A stretch of DNA of 17,303 nt, taken from positions 1-17,303 of the forward strand of contig JAHQXB010000047.1 of the NCBI GenBank assembly GCA_029856435.1, read 5' to 3'. The DNA comes from Candidatus Jordarchaeia archaeon (GTDB taxonomy: Archaea > Asgardarchaeota > Jordiarchaeia > Jordiarchaeales > Jordiarchaeaceae). Both the position numbers and the translations under genes were made by a program. The notes under the pieces were generated by a model, which saw nothing but the letters and a program-made list of their open reading frames with translations, ran no database searches and was not told the origin of the DNA. Shown piece by piece: positions 10,058 to 17,035 of this stretch. Within the stretch, counting starts at the first letter, position 1; each line of letters opens with the position of its first letter.

Positions 10058-10066
10058 TTTTTTTTT
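10058..10066 (+). terminator. Oligo-T terminator candidate for uvrBAC
   Basis: T9 run 65 nt after the uvrC stop, just upstream of the next promoter. Confidence 0.45.
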
Positions 10067-10071
10067 AAGCT

Positions 10072-10084
10072 GAAAGCCTTATAA
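10072..10084 (+). promoter_or_regulatory. BRE/TATA promoter of the 169-aa gene
   Basis: GAAAGCCTTATAA; SD-like GGTGGT at 10135-10140, 6 nt before the TTG start. Confidence 0.55.
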
Positions 10085-10146
10085 CTGTAAAGGTTCATAT
10101 TTTTTTTAACAGAAATGACGATGCATTTTAAGAAGGTGGTTTAGCT

Positions 10147-10656
10147 TTGAGTGAAGCTGAAAAAAGAGAGGAAATGAAAAAAGCGCTTAGAAAAGCAATT
10201 GCACTATTGGGAGAGATTTCTGATAGGATAGAGGAGGTGACTTCGGCACTCTCCACAGCGCTTTCACTTGCTGGATACAAGGAAGAAGCGGTTATTCCTG
10301 AACGAGTTAGAGAGCTGGAAATGGAGACCCCGCCTCCCAAGCCTATAACTTTTGAAAAGAAAGAGGAGCGGGTGGCCGAGATTTCCACGGTGCTTACGCG
10401 CCCCATTGACAGCAAATTCAAAAACTTGGAAGAACTGGTTCAGGAGGGAACCCACATCAAATCCCTGTGTACCGAGTTAGACAATATTAGGGACTGGGTA
10501 ATGGGACTCTCCCCAACCCAATCAAGTGTGCTTTACCAGATTACACAGTGGAGCAGAAAACTGAAAAACTATCCCCAAGAAAAACTCTCAGACCAAGATG
10601 GCGGAGCACTACTGTATTCCATACGGGACTGGAAGGCGCGGCTCTCCAAGATTTAA
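10147..10656 (+). CDS. Hypothetical protein: coiled coil, Pro-rich linker and helical C-terminal domain (possibly Vps28-CTD-like)
   Basis: 169-aa ORF with its own promoter and SD that fills the gap between uvrC and the ligase. Heptad a/d positions M10, L14, A17, L21, I24, I28, V31, L35; linker TPPPKP; amphipathic helical C-terminus. The confidence is for the CDS; the Vps28 link is weaker. Confidence 0.85.
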   Translation: MSEAEKREEMKKALRKAIALLGEISDRIEEVTSALSTALSLAGYKEEAVIPERVRELEMETPPPKPITFEKKEERVAEISTVLTRPIDSKFKNLEELVQEGTHIKSLCTELDNIRDWVMGLSPTQSSVLYQITQWSRKLKNYPQEKLSDQDGGALLYSIRDWKARLSKI

Positions 10657-12326
10657 CTCCTAGTTTTTTCCTTTTCTCTTAATTCTCTGCGGAAGACTTT
10701 GCCGATGGAGGTTCTTGGAATCTTGTCGATGAATTCTACTTTTCTGGGCCACTTATATCCTGCCATGTTTTCCTTTGCCCACTCCCTTAGTTCTTCTGGG
10801 GTGATTTTTCCCTTATACTCTTCTTTTATTACCACATAGGCTTTGATGGTTTCCCCTATTTCTGGGTCTGGCACTCCTATTACGGCACATTCCAGAACTG
10901 CGGGGTGATTATACAGTTTGTCTTCCACCTCATCGGGCAACACTTTATATCCTTTATACTTTATTATGTCCTTTTGTCTTCCCACAATGTAGAAGTAGCC
11001 TTCCTCATCCATGTAGGCTAGGTCTCCAGTGTGGAGCCAGCCGTCCTCGATGGTTTCTCGTGTTTTATCCGGCTTTTTCCAGTATCCCTTCATGACTTGG
11101 GGCCCCTTCACCATTAGTTCCCCAACTCCTCCCGGGGGGAGTTCGGAGCCCGTGTCCACATCCACAATTTTAGCGTCGGTGTCCACTACGGGGATGCCTA
11201 TGGTGAGCCCCTTCTGGGGAAGCCAGGTAGGTTTCATGTGGCAGGTGGGGCTGGCTTCGCTCAGACCATAACCTTGCCCGACTTCTGAACCTACCACCTT
11301 TTTCCACCTTTTGACCAGATCCTCGGGAATCGGTGCTGCTCCCGATATTACTCTAAACAGAGATTTTAGGTTGTATTTTTCGAAGTCGGGGTGGTTAATC
11401 ATGAATTGGAACATCAGGGGGATGCCCACAAAGTTTTCAGTTCGGTAAAGTTCTATAGCTTTCATCACCTGTTCAGGGTTAAAACCAGTGTAAACTAGCA
11501 TCATAGCTTTCTGGGCTACGTAAAGTTGGGATTGGCTTAATCCGAATGAGTGGCACATAGGGAGCACCGTTATGCAGGACACCCGGCCTTCCTCCACGGG
11601 TGATGCGGGCTCCATTCCAACCATCTGGTACACGTTTGCCACAATGTTGTAGTGTGTCTGCATAACTCCCTTTGGTAGACCGGTGGTTCCCCCTGTGTAC
11701 ATTAGGGTGAAGAGGTCTTCTTTGGGATTAATTTTTACCTCGGGAGGTTTGGGGGGATACTTCTCCATAATTTCTTGGAAGCTTATGGTTCCCGGCTTTT
11801 TTTCTCCATAGACTATAATTTTTTCAATTTCTACCTCTTCCCTCACCTTTTCAATGTTGGGGTAAAGTATGGAGCTGCAGATTAGGGTATCCATAACCCC
11901 GCAATCTGTGACAATGTGCTTTATGTCCGGCGCCTTAAGCATGGGATTAATGGGCACCGTGAAGGCCCCGTTCTGGCTTATTCCATAGAGGGAAAAAAGG
12001 AACTCGGGCGAATTGGTCATGTACACTCCCACCCCATCACCCTTCTCCACCCCTAGATCTGCCAGTCCGGCCGCCACCTTGTCGCTCCAGTACATTAGTT
12101 CTCGATAAGTATACTTCCTTTCCTCTGGAACAAAATATATTGCCAGATTATGCGGGTATCTTCGAGCAGCCTCTCTGGGAATATAGTGCACTGGAATCTC
12201 GGGATATTTTATGGTCCTGGGAACACCCTCAGGAAGCAGTTTTTCCCAAACACGATTGGGCCTCACCCAAGGACTCTGATTTTCAAAATCATACTCCACA
12301 GTGTAGAGAGGTTTTTCTTCCAACAT
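10653..12326 (-). CDS. AMP-forming long-chain acyl-CoA ligase (ANL superfamily, FadD-like)
   Basis: YTGGTTGLPKG, LPMCHSFG, GQGYGLSE, WLHTGDL, GRQKDIIK and C-terminal PRTSIGKV. GGAGGAGG SD upstream. Substrate cannot be determined from the sequence. Confidence 0.95.
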   Translation of the reverse strand: MLEEKPLYTVEYDFENQSPWVRPNRVWEKLLPEGVPRTIKYPEIPVHYIPREAARRYPHNLAIYFVPEERKYTYRELMYWSDKVAAGLADLGVEKGDGVGVYMTNSPEFLFSLYGISQNGAFTVPINPMLKAPDIKHIVTDCGVMDTLICSSILYPNIEKVREEVEIEKIIVYGEKKPGTISFQEIMEKYPPKPPEVKINPKEDLFTLMYTGGTTGLPKGVMQTHYNIVANVYQMVGMEPASPVEEGRVSCITVLPMCHSFGLSQSQLYVAQKAMMLVYTGFNPEQVMKAIELYRTENFVGIPLMFQFMINHPDFEKYNLKSLFRVISGAAPIPEDLVKRWKKVVGSEVGQGYGLSEASPTCHMKPTWLPQKGLTIGIPVVDTDAKIVDVDTGSELPPGGVGELMVKGPQVMKGYWKKPDKTRETIEDGWLHTGDLAYMDEEGYFYIVGRQKDIIKYKGYKVLPDEVEDKLYNHPAVLECAVIGVPDPEIGETIKAYVVIKEEYKGKITPEELREWAKENMAGYKWPRKVEFIDKIPRTSIGKVFRRELREKEKTRS

Positions 12327-12379
12327 GTTGAATCCTCCTCCAAGAATAAGGTAGGACTAAGTTAAAGGTTCATAGGACA

Positions 12380-12395
12380 TATTTAAGGCTTCTTT
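12380..12395 (-). promoter_or_regulatory. BRE/TATA promoter of the acyl-CoA ligase
   Basis: AAAGAAGCCTTAAATA on the minus strand, directly after the T-run that follows the upstream gene's stop and about 55 nt before the ATG. Confidence 0.6.
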
Positions 12396-12409
12396 AAAAA
12401 AAGGGAATG

Positions 12410-12955
12410 CTACTTTTTGTATCCTAGGATCCTTTTTTGTGAGTAGTTTTTCACCAGTCCTTCGTAGATTCGGGTGGCCATTCTAATTGTTTCTAGCTCC
12501 TCTTCCCTTAGTTCCCTTACAAGTTTGGCTGGTACTCCCAAGATTAGGGAGCGGGGAGGGAACTTTTTATCGTAGGGCACAAAGGTGTTTGCCCCCACTA
12601 TGCTGTTTTCTCCGATTTCAGAGTTGGTCATAATTGTGGAGTTCATTCCTACCATGACGTTGTTTCCAATTTTGCAGCCTCGGATTACTGCTCCGTGACC
12701 AATAGTTACGTTGTCTCCTATTTGGATTCCCACCAACATGTCGCTGTGTAGAACCGCGTTGTCCTGTATGTTAGTGTTTTTGCCAATGGTGATTTTACCT
12801 TCGTCTCCACGAATGACGGCGTTGAACCACACACTGGAACCTTCCCCAATTTCCACGTCTCCCCATATTTGGGCACCCTCAGCAACAAACACGGATTTGT
12901 GCAATTTTGGTTTTAGTATGTCTCCTTCATTTTCTTTCAACATTTTTCCCTCCAT
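12410..12955 (-). CDS. Gamma-carbonic anhydrase family / hexapeptide-repeat protein (YrdA/CaiE/PaaY-like)
   Basis: Left-handed beta-helix hexapeptides: GDVEIGEGSSVWFNAVIRGD, IGKNTNIQDNAVLH, IGDNVTIGH, IGENSIVGA, LGVPAK. Confidence 0.93.
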   Translation of the reverse strand: MEGKMLKENEGDILKPKLHKSVFVAEGAQIWGDVEIGEGSSVWFNAVIRGDEGKITIGKNTNIQDNAVLHSDMLVGIQIGDNVTIGHGAVIRGCKIGNNVMVGMNSTIMTNSEIGENSIVGANTFVPYDKKFPPRSLILGVPAKLVRELREEELETIRMATRIYEGLVKNYSQKRILGYKK

Positions 12956-13108
12956 TTCCTCTATTTATGAATATTTTCTTTTCTGATTCCGAAAGGGGAA
13001 GTTTAAAGGTTTCCTTTTCCCATTTTTAATCCTAAAACAGGGTTTTTAGAGCATGGTGGAATGCGTACTCCTAGCCTTCCCTCTTTTTGATTTTCAAGAG
13101 GTTTTAGA

Positions 13109-14638
13109 TTATTTTTGTCTTTTCTTGTGAAGGCTATACTTGACCATTACTGCCATTGCTTCTGCTGCTGCCTCGGGTGTTCTGAAGAAGGGTATTCCGT
13201 TTTCGGGCAGGGACCTTATGGCGGCGTCTTCCCAGGGTGCTGAGGTGCTTGCGGTCATGATGGGTTTATGGTATTTTTTGCTTATTTGGAAAATTTTTGG
13301 GATAGCTTCGGTGAATGTTTTGGCTATGGCGTCGCTCCAGTATTTTAGGTTCTCTCTGCCCACTTTTTCCAGGCGCTCCCTGAATTTTGGGGAGGGATTC
13401 GGCATATTTAGGATGTGCCTCCAGACATCCTCGCCGAAGACTCCATAGATGAGAATTCCGTCAATGTTTGCCTCTTCGAACATTATCTCTACACATTTGG
13501 CGTATACTCCGAAATCGCTGGCAAAGGTTAAGTCCACGGGGTTTTTGGTTATGGCGTTTGGTGCTAGGATTTCTTTGAGCCTTTTTTGCACCTGCAGAGG
13601 AAGTTCTGGCACTTCTAAGCCCTGCTCCATGCAGGCGTCAACTAGGGCCACACCCGGGCCTCCAGAGTTTGTCACTATTCCTATTCTGTTTCCCTGGGGT
13701 AGAGGCTGGTTTGCCAGGGCAAAGGCCCACTCAAACATTTCTTCAATGTTTCTGGGCAGGATGACGCCAGCCTGACGCATGACAGCCTTAAAAATTTCGT
13801 GGGAACCAGAAATGTTTCCGGTATGTGAGAGGGCTGCTTTAACGCCTCTTTCAGTTCTACCCACCTTGAGGCACAGAATTGGTTTTTCCCGGGATATTTT
13901 TTGGGCTAATTCTAGGAATCGGCGTCCTCTCTTTATGCTTTCCACAAACATCATAATTACACTAGTTTGGGGGTCTTCACCAAAATATTCCAGGAAGTCG
14001 GTGGCGTCAAGGTCTGCCTCGTTACCCGTGTTCACTATTTTACTGAAGCCCAAGTTGATTCTTCTAGCTGTAAGGAAGGTTTGCCCCGCGAATCCCCCGC
14101 TCTGGGAAATGAAACCCACAGTGCCTGTGGAAGGCATCATGGGCATAGTGGTGGTGTTCAATCCAATTGCCGGATTCACAACTCCCAAACAGTTGGGCCC
14201 TATCAGACGTAAACCTTTTTCCCTCGCTAAGGATTTTATCTGGTTCTGGAGTTCTCTTCCCTCATCACTGAACTCCGCGAAGCCTGCACTAACCAGAATA
14301 GCTACCTTCACAGATTTTCTTGCACACTCATCCAAGACTTCCAAAACCCTATCGTTGGGAACCACAATTACGGCCAAGTCCACTTCCCCGGGTACTTCAA
14401 CTATGCGGGAGTATGTTTGCAGTCCACATATTTCTCCCCTGTAGCGGGGATTTATGGGGAAAAGCTTACCCTCGTAGCCCAAAAGGTAAATGTTTCTCAG
14501 TATCCAGGTTCCAATCTTAAGGTGGTCGGGTGAGGCTCCAATTACGGCAATTGAACGTGGGTGCAAAGCATAGTTTATGGTTTGGTAAATATTTTGACAT
14601 TTTTCTTCTGTCTGCAAATGGATCTGCTCCTTCAACAT
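13109..14638 (-). CDS. ADP-forming acyl-CoA synthetase (ACD) alpha subunit, AcdA-like
   Basis: CoA-binding Rossmann fold (AVIGAS), GPNCLG, FISQSGG, GNEAD, phospho-His motif SHTG, VTNSGGPGV, NPVDL. No ATP-grasp domain is fused. Confidence 0.93.
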   Translation of the reverse strand: MLKEQIHLQTEEKCQNIYQTINYALHPRSIAVIGASPDHLKIGTWILRNIYLLGYEGKLFPINPRYRGEICGLQTYSRIVEVPGEVDLAVIVVPNDRVLEVLDECARKSVKVAILVSAGFAEFSDEGRELQNQIKSLAREKGLRLIGPNCLGVVNPAIGLNTTTMPMMPSTGTVGFISQSGGFAGQTFLTARRINLGFSKIVNTGNEADLDATDFLEYFGEDPQTSVIMMFVESIKRGRRFLELAQKISREKPILCLKVGRTERGVKAALSHTGNISGSHEIFKAVMRQAGVILPRNIEEMFEWAFALANQPLPQGNRIGIVTNSGGPGVALVDACMEQGLEVPELPLQVQKRLKEILAPNAITKNPVDLTFASDFGVYAKCVEIMFEEANIDGILIYGVFGEDVWRHILNMPNPSPKFRERLEKVGRENLKYWSDAIAKTFTEAIPKIFQISKKYHKPIMTASTSAPWEDAAIRSLPENGIPFFRTPEAAAEAMAVMVKYSLHKKRQK

Positions 14639-14661
14639 CTAGCTGCCGGGTAAAATTTTCA

Positions 14662-14684
14662 ATTAGGGAAACAGTTTCCATAAT
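14662..14684. promoter_or_regulatory. 23-bp palindromic operator candidate upstream of ACD alpha
   Basis: ATTAGGGAAAC-A-GTTTCCATAAT: 10 of 11 arm positions are complementary; lies 23 nt upstream of the ATG at 14638. Confidence 0.55.
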
Positions 14685-14765
14685 GGGTTTTATGCAAACT
14701 TGAGCAGGGGTGCCTGAATTTGTGTTTCTGTGGGACTGGATGTCTGAAGTAGTTTAGTTGTGTTA

Positions 14766-16013
14766 TTAATTTTTGGGTGTAGCTTTTTCCAATTTTTCCA
14801 GACACATTTCGGGTAGCTTTTGCTTACCTACGTATCTTATGAGGGGAACTATTATTATTACCATTATTATTGCTATTAGGATTATGATTTGGAAGCCGGA
14901 TATCATGCTGGTTCCCCAATCTTCATATACTGGAGTCAGTATGTAGGGTGCTAGGGCATAGCCGGAGAATCTAATGCTGTTGTAAATTGAGGAGGTAGCA
15001 CCCCTCTGTTTGGGTATAAGTTCTACGGAGAGGGCGTTTAGGGGCAACCATAAAAGGTTGCTTCCAATCCCGTTAAGCGCCATGGAAATCATAAAGCCAG
15101 TGAATTCTTCGGAGAGAAACAATAGAAACAGTGAAAGTATGCTCAAAACAATACCCAGATAGGCTACCCTCTCTCTTCCCAACCTATCAGTGAGATATCC
15201 GCATAGTGGAGCAAAGAAGATGACCACGGCGCCCCCAACGGAGAGAATCAGGCCAATGGATACTGAGTCTAGGTAGAAGGGTGGCAGAGATAGGGTATCG
15301 GACAGAAAAGATTGCACACCAATGAAGCCCACGTAACCCAGAAAACCCGCGGCGCTTAGCGCCATCACACTCCTCACAGAGCAAACCTCTTTTAGATCCA
15401 TGAAAACTTGGCTGAAAATGGGCATAGTAATATTTCTTGGAGTGTTGATTGTTCCAAAGACGAACCATATGAGAATCATGGAGAGAAAAGCCATTCCTGC
15501 AATCATAAAGTAAATGTACCACCACTCGTTAGCAAAAAAGCCAGCAAACAGGGGACCAACCGCTATTCCCGTGGTAAGCACCGAGGAGTAGATTCCCATG
15601 ACTTTCCCCCGATACTCGATTTTCGTGAGGTCGCCTATGCAGGCAGGCAAAACCGGACCAATAAATGCGTAGCCTATCCCACAAATGAATCGGGCTCCCA
15701 GAAACACCCAGATGCTGAATCTGGGGCTGAACCCAATTATGGTCAAACCTACCCCGTAAATCAGGAAACCCGCTGCTAAAACCTTTCTTCTGCCGTAAAC
15801 ATCGGATAGAGTGCCTGAAAAAAGCTGGAAAAAGGCGAAGGGAACCATCAAAGCCGTTATGGCAAGCAAAACAGTACCCACATCTGTATTAAAAGTGCTC
15901 TTCAATGTAGGAACCAGAGCCAGAACCGTGTTTGCAGATAGGGGACCTACAAAACCTGCAAAGTAGAGAACCAAAAGCTTAGCGTTAGCATAACGAGACC
16001 AGGCACCAGACAC
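14766..16013 (-). CDS. MFS transporter (about 12 TM, DHA1-like)
   Basis: 415 aa, hydrophobic; motif A GTLSDVYGRRKV and its repeat GYLTDRLGRER. GTG start; own promoter candidate CAAAGACCTTTTAAG in 16083-16097 (minus). Confidence 0.93.
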   Translation of the reverse strand: MSGAWSRYANAKLLVLYFAGFVGPLSANTVLALVPTLKSTFNTDVGTVLLAITALMVPFAFFQLFSGTLSDVYGRRKVLAAGFLIYGVGLTIIGFSPRFSIWVFLGARFICGIGYAFIGPVLPACIGDLTKIEYRGKVMGIYSSVLTTGIAVGPLFAGFFANEWWYIYFMIAGMAFLSMILIWFVFGTINTPRNITMPIFSQVFMDLKEVCSVRSVMALSAAGFLGYVGFIGVQSFLSDTLSLPPFYLDSVSIGLILSVGGAVVIFFAPLCGYLTDRLGRERVAYLGIVLSILSLFLLFLSEEFTGFMISMALNGIGSNLLWLPLNALSVELIPKQRGATSSIYNSIRFSGYALAPYILTPVYEDWGTSMISGFQIIILIAIIMVIIIVPLIRYVGKQKLPEMCLEKLEKATPKN

Positions 16014-16105
16014 TCACTACACAACCTTTCCTAAATGCTCTTCACAAAAAGACACAAAGACAGCGATATTAATATTTCTATATCTTAAAAGGTCTTTGCC
16101 TCTAT

Positions 16106-16822
16106 TTAGTGGATTAATGTAGGTTTTGGTTTTTTTATTTGTATTTCGGGAAGCTCCTGCCTTCCAAGGTATCCCATAAAGAAAACCATCAACAACAATG
16201 TGAACATCGCTATTAGAATAATGATTTGGAAGCCGGAAACCATACTTGTACCATAATCATTGTAAACGGGGGTAAGCAGGTAGGGTGCAAGAGTGTATCC
16301 AAACATGCCGAGGCTGTTATAAACAGAGGCTGTGGCTCCTCTCATTTGGGGCACCAGCTCCACAGACAACATTCCTAAGGGTAGCCAAAACAGGTTGCCT
16401 CCGATACCAAACAAGGACATAGAGAGTATAAACCACCAAAAATCTTGAGAGAAGAATAGCAAAACCAATGCGCATAAACTCACAAAAACTCCCAAATAAG
16501 CCACATTTCCCCTACCCCACCTATCAATTAGGTGTCCGGATAGTGGAGCGAAAAAAATGACCACGACACCCCAAAAGGAGAGAATTATTCCAATAGATAC
16601 AGCATCCAGGTAGAAGGGAGGCAGTGACAAGGTGTCTGATAGAAAAGAGGATACACCAGCCAGACCCAGATAGCCGAAGAATCCTGCCAGAGAAAGTACT
16701 AATACATTTCTGTGGGAGAAAACCTCTCTCAAATCCGAAAAAACTTTTGCAACGGGAGTACTAACATTTTTGGGCACATTAACAGTTCCTAGAAAAAACC
16801 AAACCAAAAACAGGGATAGAAG
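16106..16822 (-). pseudogene. C-terminal half of a tandem MFS paralog, truncated by IS insertion
   Basis: Colinear with residues from about 175 onward of the neighbouring MFS (identical SFLSDTLSLPPFYLD and SGFQIIILIA). Similarity runs upstream of the called TTG as LLSLFLVWFF to about 16822, then switches to IS sequence. No N-terminal six-TM half in the window. Confidence 0.85.
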
Positions 16823-17035
16823 GGGTTCTACTCTATGTAGAAATTCATAGAATTACATAGGAGTTGGGGCTTCACAGTATCATGCGGCGGCCTCGCGAGT
16901 CCATCAGCCGCCTTCCACTCCACCCCGGTCAGGGTGAACCCGCTCCCCACCTCCACGAATCCACGTCTCCGCTTCTTCACTGACCACTTCTCCTGCGGGT
17001 GTTGTCGCCAACGCCGTGAGGAGTGCAGGAGAGGT
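16823..17035 (-). ncRNA. omegaRNA/sotRNA-like structured RNA overlapping the tnpB 3' end
   Basis: Nested stems: 16989-16996/17025-17032 (8 bp, enclosing a GCGA tetraloop hairpin on the minus strand), 16886-16891/16907-16912 (6 bp), 16867-16875/16934-16941 (8 bp, one bulge), 16833-16839/16854-16860 (7 bp). TnpB guide RNAs are known to be encoded at this position; the 5' end is not defined. Confidence 0.6.

Noticed and set aside
16106-16807. 233-aa ORF as a complete transporter gene
   Set aside because: It matches only the C-terminal half of the adjacent MFS, similarity extends upstream of the TTG, and no SD or promoter is evident. Kept as a pseudogene, with a half-transporter as an open possibility.
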